63,622 nt of DNA, filler included, from Reticulomyxa filosa (GCA_000512085.1; 24 parts of 24 records of this genome joined end to end with filler, not necessarily neighbours in it); one strand, 5' to 3'; shown: positions 23,565-38,166, counted from the first letter of the whole stretch. Translations and numbers: made by a program. Notes: generated from the letters alone by a model not told the origin.

Positions 23565-26543
23565 NNNNNNNNNNNNNNNNNNNNNNNNNNNNNNNNNNNN
23601 NNNNNNNNTTAATTAATTAANNNNNNNNNNNNNNNNNNNNNNNNNNNNNNNNNNNNNNNNNNNNTTTTTATTTTCTTTTTAATTTTTCTTTTTCTTTGTC
23701 TTTTATATCGCTCTTGCCTTTGCCCAAAAAATCCATTATCTGTTTGTTTGGAGTCGGCCCTTCCTCTCTTCGAAGCCTTTTTCGCTGAGGCATTTCAAAG
23801 GCCATTGCATTGTCGCTGTCGTTTCCTATATCTTTGTCTGGGCTTTGTCGCTTTCGCGACGATCGGGCTTTGCTCTCTTCCCCTTGCTTTCCTCTTCCTT
23901 CTCCTTCTCCTCTTCCTCTTCTTCTCCTTCTTTTTTTAACAGTGCAACCCACAAAATATCTCTTTTTTTTTTCCTCTTTTGTTTCGACTAGCTGCTGTCG
24001 TTGTTTCGCTGACATGTGGGCTTTTTAACTGCAAGGGACGCGAGAAAATTACTGATAATGCCGCATCCACTCCGCTCAAAGGCTTGGAAATAGAAGGAGA
24101 GCTCTCCTTTCGATTGACATGGGCCGAAAATTTCATTAAACAAATCCCAAAGACACGTTTTCTGCTTTTTTTTTTTTTTTTGTACGGCACCAGGAAAGAA
24201 CTTGAGAACGAACACTGACTTGTACTTGTTTATTTTTCTGCACTAGACAATGCTTTTGAACTTCATAAGTAATAATTTACTTTTTTCCAAAACAAACATA
24301 AAATTTCTTTTTTTCAACAATTACAATAGATTCCGCATGACAGTGCTAAGAGAAATAAAGTAATTTTTATTACTTCAATACTCTTGCTAATGTATTTTTT
24401 CAATTATAAGTAATTTTGCTAACTTTTTTAAATTAAAAGTATGATCATTATATTTTTAAAAAGTGTGATTCACGTGATAATTTCTCGAGACCCACATACA
24501 TATATTTATATTTCAAAATTGATTTTATTGTGTGGAATATGAAAAAACTGTTACATTTGTCAAGTGGTATTTGATTTCATATTCTTTTTTTAATTTTTAC
24601 TGTTATTGCAATATATAAACGAAATAAACATATTATGTGTATATGAATCACACTTTTTATTTGAAATACATTATTTTTGGTTTTATAGAAGAAAGACATT
24701 TTAGCTTTTTGTTGAAAATGTAAAAAATAATTTTACAGAGTTGCAATCAATGTGATATCAAAACATCAATTCATTGAATCTGCAACATATATTTATGCTG
24801 TTCTCAATATATGCAATTATTTAGAAAAGAGAAAAAGCTTATTTTGACCAATTATAGCAAATAATTAAATAATGTTGTGTTCATTTGACAAATAAACATA
24901 AATGCATAACGATACAATGATTTATTTTGAATCCGAATTAATAATTCTTATAATCGTTTCCAAAAAAGAATCGGAAAAATTTGTTACTTTTTGGTTTTTA
25001 TTTATTTATGATCAGTCACTTCAAGTTTGGTGTAACTGTTGTCACTTTGTTTCATATCAATTTTTTTGTTGAAGCTGCTCGAAACGGTACTTTTTTTGTA
25101 TTACATTCATCCTTAAAAGCAGTTCTTTTAACAATTAATAACTTTATTCAAATTTTTCTTTATTCCAATCACATACCTACCAATATTATAAATATAAAAT
25201 TAAAATCATAATGTGAAGAAATAAAGAAAAAAAGAATGAAAAAATGTGGAATAACGTGATACAACTATATCACACATAGCATTTAATGATAATACATTTA
25301 AAAGCTAAAAATATTGACAAACAACTTGAAAAACAAATTCACATTATCAAAGTTGAGTGAAAGGAAAGTATTATCACGCTAAACTGAAACCAAGCAATTT
25401 TTGGTAGATACAGGATATTTTAATTACGGACAAGATTAGAAAAAATACGTCAAAGTAAAATAAAATGTCGATATGAACTAAATGATTTTTGAAACATTGA
25501 GGTAAAAAGTATTGTAAAAGAAAGAAAATAGTTCAGAATAAGTTCCATCTTATGTTGTGCTGTTTTTATTTTTGTTGGTGATCTATTCCAAGGCATTTGT
25601 TAAAAAAATGGCATTTAACAATATTTACAAGAGCTATGTGAAAACAAAGCAAGAACTGGTTCTCAAACTCAACAAAAACATATCAATGAAGGTTTTAAGG
25701 ATTCATTAAAAAAAAAAAAATGTTGAAGCAATGAATGGAGACGTAACTTAACGGTAAAGCCCACACCGAAGAGCGTAGTTTGTTGGGTCAGCCAGGCCCA
25801 GGCACTGTCCTGGTAGAGACGCCAGTGGGGTACTGGGAGTGGTGCATGCCGTAAACATGCAGATTGTGTTGTGTTGAGGGGCTGCAACCAGAGTGTTGTA
25901 GTTTCCAAGCACTGTTACAATATACCATGCCCTCAATGTGGCCACACGCCTCTTGGTGCGTGGTTTGCTCTAATAGATACGTTAGCTGGTGCCATGCATT
26001 GGGAGACTTGCAACAATCCACGTGATTCACCGCAGTGAAGAATGTTCGACTCCTTCCGTCATCCTATAAATATATTTACATACACATATATTTTTATGTT
26101 TATATTTATACGTATATTCATAAAATACTTATAAATTTTTTATTGTTTGATATATAAGACACATGTGCAAGCATACTTGTAAGAAAAAACTGTGTTGTGA
26201 ATATGCTTCTCGAACAGATAGTATGCAATAATGGTCATTTTCCATTGTCTACATAGCAGTGACCACCACCACCCCCTTCTCACAGCATGACTCCATTTCC
26301 AACTCGTACATTCCCCCAAAATCTCTGGAAAAAAAATCGCCACAAGTAAAAGATGTGATTGGTTGTGTGTATGTATTGCGCACGCGTCCGAGAATTGGCC
26401 AATTTGCTTGTTGATATATTGTGTCACCACTAAAGAATTTGTTNNNNNNNNNNNNNNNNNNNNNNNNNNNNNNNNNNNNNNNNNNNNTTAATTAATTAAN
26501 NNNNNNNNNNNNNNNNNNNNNNNNNNNNNNNNNNNNNNNNNNN

Positions 26544-26604
<61 letters not shown>

Positions 26605-26619
26605 ATGGGGGAGGGGAGA

Positions 26620-27700
26620 AAAGACGTTGCGCAAGCTCAAAGAAGCGATCCGACTGTTTGTGTTCCACGCGGAAATCCGATTGCGCGTGCCCGACTTTGA
26701 ACTACCGAACACACTGTCGATGCAGATCAAGCAGTTTCTGCGCGTGAAGGACTCGGTGATCCTGCCCGACTCGAAGGAGGTGCCACGGCCAATTCCGCCC
26801 GCGTACTCGAATGAGGAAGTCAAGACGTGGTTGCGTTTGCAGTCAATCCCGCAAACGTACTTTGAAAGTGACCTCGGCACAGGGAGTGGTGCAAGTGGTT
26901 ATGGCAATGTGAATGTCCAAAATGGCAATGGCAATGGCAATGGCAATGGCAATGGCAATGACAATGATAATATTCAAAATGGCAATATTCAAAATGACAA
27001 TATTCAAAATGGATTTGAATCTGAAAATGAACCAGATATGTTGGTGTGTGGCAATCCCTTGGAGGAAATGAAACTGCATCGCGAACGAAAGCTGATTGCC
27101 ATTGGTCTGTATCAAGAAGAGGAGGCACGCTTGTTGCAGCAGCAGCAGCAGGGCAAACATACATCATCGTCCGATGCCTTGTTTCACACCATTCAAGCAA
27201 GTGCTCGCAACAGCAGCAGCAGCAGCAGCAATAACAATAGTATCAATGCCTACAAAAAGATACAAAGCGACAGACCGCAACAACAAATAACGCCAATAAT
27301 TAACAAACAGAAAACACTAATCGAATTTATGACAAAGGAACAAAGAGACGAAGTACCTCCGCCATTGCGATACTTGGACGTGTATACGTATGGCAAGTCC
27401 CTGTGGTACTTTTGCGTGCATCAGCTGCAAGCCAAAGACCGCGTCAGCGTATGGACGTGGCTGATTTATCTGGGAGGTCATCTGCCCACGGCCATTGCCA
27501 TCCGACTGCTCGAAGAAAAGCGTGAGGAGCTGAGCAAGTTCCAAATGCCCTGTCTGGACCAGTTGTGTCAAACCATTGTGGAGTCGAGCGAGTTTCCCGC
27601 CGCAACGAGCTTGTATCTGGCCGCATTTATGAAGGATAGATCTCGTAATGACTTGTGTCGAGAAGAGGGATTTCAAACTTTACAAGACAAATATACACAT
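26620..27700 (+). CDS. Internal exon of a large hypothetical protein with (NG)n, poly-Q and poly-S tracts
   Basis: About 360 open codons flanked by (TA)n/(TG)n introns. Confidence 0.6.
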
Positions 27701-27701
27701 G

Positions 27702-27785
<84 letters not shown>

Positions 27786-27964
27786 NNNNNNNNNNNNNNN
27801 NNNNNNNNNNNNNNNNNNNNNNNNNNNNNTTAATTAATTAANNNNNNNNNNNNNNNNNNNNNNNNNNNNNNNNNNNNNNNNNNNNAAAAAAAAAACATTA
27901 CACAGTTAATAGATACAGCCTCTCCCCCCCCCCCCCTCCCCTCTTCCTTCCTCCGCCTTTGCAC

Positions 27965-28271
27965 GTACCACATGATTGTCATCTTGTGCGCTGAACACTT
28001 TGGTGAATTCGTACGCTTTTTGGTTGCTGTCGCTTTGACGCCCTGTAGGGAGTGAGTCGGTACGATGGATGATCGTACAGTCGTCTTTGCATTTACATGA
28101 GACAATGTCCGATTCCCATGGCATTATCCGACGTAACCGTGCGTATATCTTTATTCCACCACTGTTCTCATTATCTTGCGTTGGATCTGTCGTCTCTTGT
28201 GACCCACAGCTGCTCACTGAAGGCGCCAAATTTGATTGTGATGATGAAAATTTTGGACTTGTTAGCTGCAT
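27965..28271 (-). CDS. Kinesin motor domain, N-terminal fragment
   Basis: GIKIYARLRR...KAYEFTKVFS, matching kinesin 'IxVxxRxRP' and 'FxFDxVF'. Confidence 0.65.
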
Positions 28272-28630
28272 TTCGTTTTCTTCGTTTATATTTTTTTTTA
28301 TATATAAAATGTTTTGTTGAGCCCCTCTCGACTCGTTGTGTTTACTGGTCCGATAAAACGTATGAAAGTGTTTGTGAATTAATTGTAAATAAAGAAAGCA
28401 TATTTTACAATTGCAATTGCTTCGCGGTTATGCACTTCCTCAACAGTTGAGGATAGCTTTTGCAAAAAAAAAAAGTAAGTTATGCCAGAAGTCACAAAAT
28501 AAAATTCGCTAACGTAAGCCCACCTTGAAACGAGCTTAAAAGCAACAATATAAAAAGAAATAAACAAAATAAGACGAGAATCGAAATGGAAAAAAAAAAA
28601 AAAAAAAAACTTAAAAAAAAAAAGAATGAA

Positions 28631-29863
28631 TTATCCACTTTTAACTAAACCCATTTCTACAACAAACTCATATCCAAACAAAGCTTGCTTGCACTTGTAG
28701 CAAGCGCAGCTGAGCATTCTGTACACATGTTCCATCCACTGAAACGTAAGTATTAGCGTGCATATACTAATTACCATATCGACGGAGATCCATATCGCAG
28801 TCAAGCCAGTTATTTTGACCAACGTGTAGCCCACGACGGCGCTAATGAAAGAGACCATGAACAAAATGGAGAGTTTGAACGACAAGAACTGGACTTTGAA
28901 AATTTCTTTTTTTGTTTTCTTTATTTGTTGCGAAGCATGTGCTGACATAAAAATAAATAAACAAACAACAAAGCATACATAAAATGAGCGTGCTCAACTA
29001 CGTATACGTATACATACAGATATATATATATATATGTATGTATATATGTATGTATGTATATATGTATACGTATATATGCAAGGTAACCTTTCAAAAACAA
29101 CCAAAGAATGCTTTGCAAAATTTCGCAATCTCCAAACAAACAAGAAACAGATGCAAGCGGACCAAAACAGGTCTGTGATGACTGCAGGTGCGATGGCGAC
29201 ATAACTCAAGTTTGTATCACAATGCGAGACGAGCCCGTAATAAAGCATGTAGAAGGCAGTGGAGAGAAACACAGTAAGGAAGACTGCCCCCAAAAACACA
29301 TGAACGACCCATCGTGTCTTGAATTGGTACACTGTCCCTTTAAACGTTTGGTCCATGCGACGTACGTAGAACGCGTACAGCGTCGCACGTTGCGTCGCCG
29401 TAAATATACTTGGAACCAAGTACAATGAGCATTTGATGCGATGGTTAAGGAACAAGTGTGATATATCTTCCAACAAACACGCTATCAAAAACATAAATGG
29501 CATACTGCAACACAACACTATCGTGTATGCCGTCGCTCTGTCTGGCGCGTCTACTTTACGCTGCACTATTGTGTAGCCGTGTGCTTTCACTGCCTCTTCC
29601 CAAGTTACTGGGTCTACACTTTGAGGCGATATTGGTGTACTTTGTCTCTCATACTCGTCTGCTATTTTCTTTGGCTCAGTCTCCGCTTTTTTTACATCTT
29701 TTGAGAGTTGCACAACTGGGTAGGTCAGACGATCACTGAAGAAAGAGTACAAGATTATTTTATACAATATATATGTTGTTGGGACAAGGAGTGCTATATA
29801 TGAAACAAATATTGCAATTGCTGCTTCACGTGACGGATAATAATCTTGCCAGTAGATTTTCAA
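28631..29863 (-). CDS. Orphan 7TM/GPCR-like membrane protein, 2 exons
   Basis: Five TM segments in exon 1 and two in exon 2. TLYAFYVRRMDQTFKGTVY and DLFWSACICFLFVWRL motifs. Confidence 0.65.
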
Positions 29864-30143
29864 TTTTTTTTTTCCTCCTTCTTCCTTGAGTTTTCCTTTT
29901 TTTTTGTTCTACCTCTGAAACAGCGTAACTTTCTCCGTATGCCCGTGTATCGAGCTAAAAAGAGCTATAAAGATAGTGGAAATTGTGGTATGTGAAGAAT
30001 AAAAAAAAAAAAAAAAAACGATGGGTCGTTGTTTCTACTATAAAAATAAGTTGATAGAAAAAGTTCTATTTTTATGTGAAGGACATTAACAAAATCAACA
30101 ACAATAACAGCGAGAAAAAAAAAAACAGTCACAAGCATGGTGC

Positions 30144-31238
30144 TCACATGGGCAGTTTCCAAACGTATCCCTTGACAAAAGAGATGATTTCAAAGATGCA
30201 ATCATCATTCAATCTATCATTCAACAGAGAAGGCAGCAAGGCGTGCATCGTGTGATATTCAGCGACAATGTTGCGAAAGCACATCAAACACAAGATATGC
30301 AGACGATTGGTGCATTCAAAGTAGTACTCATCCTCGAGAATCTCTCTCCAACACCGGTCACAATAGTGATTCACATCACGCCCCGACCCGAGAGGCGAAA
30401 TCAACTGGCGACGAAAGTTGGCATTGTACGAGGCCCTCTCGATGATGGACTTGCGAATGGTGGTGCAAAAAAACCAAATCCAATGGCCGGTGGAATCACC
30501 TTTTGGAGCGCAATGAGGAGCAGCATTGTGTGTAGTATCATGCTTATTGTTTCCGCAATAGTAACAACACACTTTCCACCAATGTCTCGGGGCACTTAAA
30601 AACTGGATGATTTCCACGCTCAGTATGCAGGCAGTATTTGTCCCATTGTTCCAAGCGAAATAGAGTTCACCGTCATGGTGTCGCAATACGCTTTTGTAAC
30701 TGCTTGTCAACACGTCACACAGCGCCTCAAATACCTCGCCCATTTCCTTGTCTCGGTCGTTCAGTAGCAACGGCACAAGTCCAAACTTCCCAAAGTCTCG
30801 AAAGTCTTTGATGTGGTGATTGCTTTTGCTTACGTCCAGCCGGGGAGTTATCAAACGACCAAATCCGAATTCTTCCTCTTGTTCCACAATTTCTGTTTAC
30901 ATTTTACAGATTTTTTTTTTTTTTTTTTTGCTTTGTTCTGTTTTAAAGATATTAATTAAAAACATCTTGTTTTATGACAATCTGAACTTGTAACCTCAAA
31001 AAAAAAAAAAAAAAAAAATCGTATTACACTTTTGCAACCAATCTTTTTTCCTCTTTTTTTTGTACACAAACAAACCTCCGTTTTTTTGGATTATTCTATA
31101 CTTCACTTGATACGTTTCCGTGTCAACAACCTTTGTGACCATGCCCCAGACACTCGTGTCCCGGCCTGGTGGCAACACTATCACAGCATCGCCGACCTTG
31201 TGTTGATGCTCTCCTTCCCACGCCGTTGGTGTTGTCAT
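30144..31238 (-). CDS. Hypothetical protein: Tudor/KOW-like first exon and Cys/His Zn-binding C-terminal region
   Basis: HKVGDAVIV...WGMVTKVVDTETYQVKY; YCDRC...YFECTNRLHILCLMC. Confidence 0.5.
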
Positions 31239-31798
31239 GTTTGAGAGATATGAGTTCGTTTCCAACGCTGATGAATCACGCTTGCGAAATTGGCAGCAGC
31301 GCAGTCCAGTCATCAAATGGAATAATACTTGGAAATATGAAGGATCATATTGTTATCTTATACTTCAAAAATGCTTTCACGTTCACTCTTCAGTTGTTCA
31401 AGGCAGCAAATCAAAAAAGCAAAACAAAGTAAAAAAAAAAAACAAAATATATGCAAAATTGTGTGTCTAAAAGCGACAAATATCTTGAACGTAACCAAGA
31501 CGTCGTTTTAAATTTCAAAAAAGACGAAAAGAATGTCACTATAAATGCAACTAGAATGATGGCCCCTGTGCTGTTTTGGTTTTATTAAATGAACGTCAGA
31601 AACAGGCCATCCACGTTATCGCTGCAAAACTAAAACCAAGCTAAAAACAAAAATTTTGTGTTCTCCCAAAGGGTTTTTTTCTTTTTGTTTTAATAAAACA
31701 AAAAAACGCGTTTATCTTCCTTGAATTCAAAATTTGTTAGCTTTGGTCTGTGAAAAAGGAATAGTAGCATTACAAAAAAAAAAGTTGAGATAAAATAA

Positions 31799-32335
31799 AT
31801 GGACGATTATAATAATGACTCAACGGAACAAAGTGAAGCCGTCCCGGCAGGACAACGACCGGGAACACAAGCAAATATTCAAGAGAAAGGCAAGGCAGTG
31901 TATAGCCGTGTCCCTACAAAAGGACCAGGAGACGAAGCGAGCCAGCATCAGCGCAGTCGCAGTTATAGTAACATGAGCAATAGCCGAAGTAGAAGCGGCA
32001 GCGCAGATAGCAACGAAGAGAACGGTAATGGCGACGACAAGGCCGGAGGAAAAAAAAACGCAGTGTTTGAATGGTGCAATGCGAAATGCAATGACAGGCA
32101 AAAGTACAAAAAATCATTAGCCCATTACTTTAACACAATGGTAGTAACCTTTATCATGTTAATCTTGGCAGCGACTGCTGTGCTGTTCATTTGGTCCAAT
32201 CAAAGCGACGGCGCTAAAGTACGATTGACCGTCGTGCCTTTATTTTCCTCCACCCAAGCCACATCCTCTAACGCGACCGTTTCCTCCTTCTATGCCTCCC
32301 AGTTCAATTCCAATGCACGCATCAGTTCAACTTTC
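31799..32335 (+). CDS. Type II membrane protein, first exon
   Basis: Disordered N-terminus followed by one TM helix (MVVTFIMLILAATAVLFIW). Confidence 0.55.
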
Positions 32336-32336
32336 G

Positions 32337-32367
<31 letters not shown>

Positions 32368-34639
32368 NNNNNNNNNNNNNNNNNNNNNNNNNNNNNNNNN
32401 NNNNNNNNNNNTTAATTAATTAANNNNNNNNNNNNNNNNNNNNNNNNNNNNNNNNNNNNNNNNNNNNCTTTTTGAAAGCTTGTAATAAAGCTTACCAACA
32501 GTAGTTGTGTTAAATTTTGCTTCTCATTGCCAAGAGTTGTCATTTTTTTTCTTAGGATATCTTGAACTTTTTTTCCTCTCAAGGGCAAAGATAAAAATTT
32601 TTTTGTTTTTAAATTGACTATTGCTTTGCTAAGCTTGAAGAATAGAAATTTGAAAATCAGGCTTTGAAGCATTGAAACTATGTTAACTACATTCCATAAA
32701 TTATGTTTTCATAAATTAATTTAAAATAGTAAATAAGTTTGTACACTTCTTTTTCGAATTAAGGGCATTTGATGCACAAAGCGTGGGTTGCTATTTCTTT
32801 AGATGATAACACAACTCTTGGATGTGACAATTTGTAAGTAGAGACCTTTGCAAAGAAGAATGATTAAATCAACATGTAATAAAATACCAATTCCAAATAC
32901 GTATCAAAAAATAGGCAAATGAGATATAGTATAATTTCAAAAATCAAAACAAACAAGAAATATGTGAGTATGAATGATAATAAAATTTCGATCATCATCT
33001 CCGAATATCTAATTGACATGGTTATGACCTTGCAATCCTTTGGAAAATATGATAAACTTGTTGCATATGAAACAACCAGGCAACAATGATAAGCTGGTAA
33101 TTTTTGATTTTGATGGCAGTAATAACATTTTGTTAAAGAATTATAGTTTATTTCGTTGTTTATTGCTGACAGAATATTAATAAATATGTATTTCGATAAA
33201 AAAATGAGCTGTCAACTCGATGATACTTTGAATATTAAATTTTATTTAATCCATAGCAAATTTATGATGTTTAAACTCGTTTTGTAGAATTTAATTATTT
33301 TTGAATGTGAATTTCAACTCTTTGCATTTTTAAGCTAAATAAATTGAGATGCGATTCACTTTATAAAGAAAAAGCAAAATATTCTGAAATAATGTTGAAA
33401 ATGTAAGTGAATGCAATAAGAGATCATATTTTGGTTATGTTCTTTGCATTTTAAGTATTTTTGATAAAATTATGTTGTGTTCACTTCTTTTTGATAATAA
33501 AAAGAGTAGATATATTTCTTTGGAAACGAATTAAAGATAAAAATTAAACAATATGAAAACATTGAATCTTTTTTTACTAAACCCGAATACCAAATTAACA
33601 AATTTGTTATTTAAGGCATTATTATTGATTTCTTTGCTTTGTATTTTTATTCACTTACTTACCTATTGATAATCCTTTCTTTTCCTTAGATTGTTTAGCT
33701 ATCAAATAAACAAATCAATACCAAGTACCTAATTTTAGGACATTGTATTTTGTGAAGGTGAGAAACAAACTTCAGTAGGATATTTGCATGTATTTATTAA
33801 TTATTATTTTTCACCAAAGCTTCAATGTAGATGATGATTTATGTATTTCAGCAAAAACAGACTGCCATCCATTACACAACAATTGACTTTGCCAAGCACA
33901 AGGAGATTCTTTTTTCCTTATATTTTTTGAATATTCTACATAACTATTTTTTAAAAATAATATTGCCATTTTTTAAAAAATAAAAAACATTATACACTTT
34001 TTTAAAAGGCTTTTTTATATCGATCATGCATCGACTGAGGAAGAAGGAAAAAAGTATTATCATAATTTGTACTTGGCAAAGAAAAGTAATTTTTAACAAA
34101 GTTATAAAATTTTGCTATTTTTATTAATAAATACACTTGTCTCAGTGTGATNNNNNNNNNNNNNNNNNNNNNNNNNNNNNNNNNNNNNNNNNNNNTTAAT
34201 TAATTAANNNNNNNNNNNNNNNNNNNNNNNNNNNNNNNNNNNNNNNNNNNNAAATGAAATAATATACAAAAATTTTAACAATTATTTTTTTCAATTTGTT
34301 TTGTCAAAAATGCCAAAATACTCCAAAAAATTTCAAATTTACATTTTTTTAATAGATATTTATGAGTTGTGAATCTACGTATTGTTTAAAAAAAAAGGTC
34401 TTTTTTTTTTTGTTGTTGTATCTCTCTATCTATCTCGTACGAGTCCGTACTTAGGGTGCTAATCGCCCTCTTCGCAAAAAACTGGTAGGTCTTTTTTCTT
34501 TTTTAAGTTATTTTGCAACTTAAAACGTGTTTTGTTTGTTTGTTTTGAACAGTTCGCAAACTCTCAAAAAAATATAAAAAAGATGTCATTTTTGTTTGGA
34601 TGCTGTGCATCATCTTGCAAGAGAAAAATACTAAAATTT

Positions 34640-35100
34640 GTATATGGGGTAAGGCCCCCCGTCTCCGCAAGGAGTAATAATGGTTTGGTTTACATTTATA
34701 CGTTTTTTTTAAAAAATATAATTGACTTGATTTGTTTTTTTGATTAACAGCCGTAACCCGTCTGTCCCAAAAAAAAATGTGTACATCCAACTCCCAACTC
34801 CCAACAAAGAAAAATTTCGGGGTTGAAGCCACTCAGTGGTGCAAAAAAAATGAAAAGGTTTGTTTATTTTATTTGTCATTTTTTTTATCAAATGTTTGTG
34901 CGTTTATCAATAGGCATGCCCCCATCAACAAAAAATTGTATTTGCCCCATCCCCGTTACAAAAGAAAAAAAAAAGAAATAGATAATTGGAATTTGAGCTT
35001 TACGCTCAACAATCAAAGTATGTTTTTTGTTTTTTTCCTTAAAATGAAAAAATTATTTACTTTGTGAATGTCTTATAGGAATCGAGGTCAAGACAAGATT
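34640..35100 (+). repeat. Micro-exon repeat module, copy A
   Basis: Exon-like blocks YGVRPPVSARSNNG / ...KNFGVEATQ / GMPPSTKNCICP separated by GTTTG..AG introns; homologous to 53615-54100. Confidence 0.65.
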
Positions 35101-35589
35101 AGTTTTTTTTGTTTTTATTTTTTATGTTTTATTTTTTATTTGATAGGGTGGGGAAAATTTAATGGTGGGAAAAAAGGGAGGGAAAAAAAATGGAAGGAAA
35201 AAAAAAGGGTGTGGGAAAAAATAAGAGAAAAAAGGAAAATTTTTATTTAAAAAAAGAAAAATAAAAAAGAATGAGAAAATTTAAAAAATGAAAAAAATGT
35301 TTTAAAATGAAAAATAAATAAAAAAATGACAACGTGAATTAAAAAAAGAAAATGAGAAAAAAGAAAAGAAAAAAAAAGAAAATGAGAAAAAAAGAAAGAG
35401 AAAAAAAGAAAAAAAAAAGAGAAAAAAATTTAAAAAAAGAGAACAAATGAAAAGGGAAGGGGAGGAATGAAGTAGAAGAAAAAAAAGAAAAAGAAGATGA
35501 AGAAGAACAAGAATAAGAACAACAATAACGATAACAGCAACAGCAGCAACAACAATGATAACAGCAACAGCAACAAACAACAGCAGCTC

Positions 35590-37900
35590 CAAAGAACTTC
35601 GTTGGCGCCGGCAGATTGCAGCGGAATTCCAAATGATATCGAAAGTGCGTATACGCGCAAGTACGATATGAACGACCAGTCTACGCCCCAAGGCAATGAA
35701 ATTGGCAAATTTCCACAGTTATAGATTTTTAGTAATAAGTGTGGCGATTGGAGGAAGCGTATGGCTTAGTTTGTCGAACAATCGACGATTATCTTTATTG
35801 TGTTGTCTCCGGAATTGACTATGAGCAGATGGAGACTTATTATATGCGATGAAAAACTTTGTTGTATTGTTCCGGCACTTAAAGAGCATGGATCGTCGCT
35901 TTATATTTACTTCAGCTGGGTTCGTGAACTTTGAATTGTGAATCGCGTCGACAAGATCAAAATGTGTCCATCATCACGTGTGGCGAGAGCGGATGGACTT
36001 CGTAGCTGAAAAACATAGCGAAACAGTTGAACAAGACCAATCAAGGATAATTTGCTTTCGTCGCCTGGTAGCACAAATACACAAACTCGCCAAGAAGAAA
36101 ACAAAGAAGATGCAGTGTTGTCGCGCAAAGTGAAAGAGATATTAGCATTGTGACATTGCAGCGGTGGCAGCGAAGATATGGAAAGCAATGAAGAAAAGGA
36201 GTGGACGTTGTTACAAAATAATCAGCAGCTCATACGTCGGGAGAATCGTTACATGTAAAAGTGGCCTAATTTGGTGGAAAAGCATTGAGGAACTCCATCG
36301 AGCCAGACAAAGAAGAGGAGGAGAACGAATAAAAGAAAAAAATCACAAAGCCAAATAGCTTTGGACTTGTTAAAAAAAACAAAAAAGATACATATACAGG
36401 CTTACTTAGTTTGGTTATTGAGATTTTTTTAATCTCTGGAAACGAGCAAAATCGCCACTCGGGCGAGGATTAACTTATCATAGTGCGAATCAATGAAAGA
36501 TGTCGAACGAGTGGCAGCCCGAAACGTTTGAAAAACTTGTTCGCTATCAACGTAGGCATAAGTTTCTGCAAATAATTGTTAGTGTGACATAGCACCGAAG
36601 ACAATACCGAACTGCGATCTGCCGGCGCCAACAAACAAGTAAACTCGATTGTTATTGAAATATCATTAATTTTATCAGTGTAGGAAAATAATTGAAAATG
36701 TTCGTGTTCGTGCGCCAATTCGCAATTTTGAATTATGAACCGTCCATATGGCCGATACTTCACGCCTGCAAGTGGTCCTAAACATTCACTGCCTTCCCAT
36801 AGAGCGTGCCCATCAAAGGTAATGAACAAGTGTGTGTAGCAATATTAAGCGACAGTAACACGAGCCATTGGAAAGAATTTATTCGTCATCAACACGGATT
36901 AACACAAATATCTACTGGATAATTGTGGTGTGACAAATCGTCAAAGAGGGCTTCAAACTGCGATCTACTCGGTGTTATGGAAATGGCTCCAATTTTATTA
37001 AAGCACGACAACAATTGAAACACAGAGATGAAGAACTAGTGTCAAAACTGGTCGTGTGCGTTCGCACGTTCGCACATTCGCAACTTTGAAATTTGAGCCA
37101 TGCATGTGCTGATGGGATGAATGGTGAGCTTGCGAATGGTATTGAGAATTGATAGTCGGTGAAGATAGAGATAGATAGAGTACTGTGTGCATTTTCTGAT
37201 TCATTCCGCAAAGACTATCGGCGCTTGTTCGACAGCGCAAGGCACGCAATTCTTGCAACGATGGACTCCAGGATCGACTGTGGACTACGGACAGCGTGTT
37301 GGATGCGACGCAATACTTTGTATTCGTTGCATTATCACAGCACTTGGGAGAAAAATGAAATACAGATTGCCAATTTGTATTTTTTTTTGGATTTGAATTC
37401 GAGTCGAAATTGTGAATCGCATAGTGAACTTTGGCATAATCAAAAATCGTTGAACCATGGCACTCGAGAACGTCAAGAACAAATATGTCCAACAAAGAAA
37501 AAGGAAATACGAATAGTGCCCTTCATCATTGGATTGCTCTCATCCAAATATTGTCGAATGGATGCAAAAATATCTAAGAACGTCCATTATCCAACGTCAA
37601 GGTGTGTTCATCGTATTTTGAAAATATTCATCATATGATGGCATTGGAGTAGTTGAAAAAAATTGTCACAGTTCAATTGTGGACAATCTTTCTCTTGGTA
37701 TGCTTGCTTTCGTTCGTAATCGGGTAACACCAAGATCCAGAAAGAAAAAGCCTAAAAATACCGCAAAAAAAAAACAAAACAAAACATTGACATTTACGGT
37801 ATCGAAACAGCAGTGATTGGATTGTTCGAAGAAACGGAAGAAATAGAAGACAAAGAAGAAGATAGTGCGGACGTTGCAAGAAACAATCACATATGGCAGT
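35590..37900. pseudogene. Decayed long coding-like region, unidentified
   Basis: 2.3 kb of GC-richer, complex sequence with no long ORF. Confidence 0.4.
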
Positions 37901-38166
37901 CGAGTAAGCCACTCTCACATGGAACCATTCTTCTTATGTCGTGGCTCCAATTTTGTGGATAAGTTTTGCGATACTCAATTCAAGATCATTACCAAATAAG
38001 AAGAGGAGGGGGAGGNNNNNNNNNNNNNNNNNNNNNNNNNNNNNNNNNNNNNNNNNNNNTTAATTAATTAANNNNNNNNNNNNNNNNNNNNNNNNNNNNN
38101 NNNNNNNNNNNNNNNTATTAAAATTAAGAAATTTTTTAATCTTTTTGTTTTCATTTTAGAAATCTC

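Noticed and set aside
25740-26443. Coding-like minus-strand region, also 44634-45600 and 52500-53430
   Set aside because: Probably decayed genes, but no consistent frame or recognisable family could be established.
35955-36005. Myosin P-loop-like DQNVSIITCGESG
   Set aside because: No GKT, an immediate stop, and no other myosin motifs nearby.
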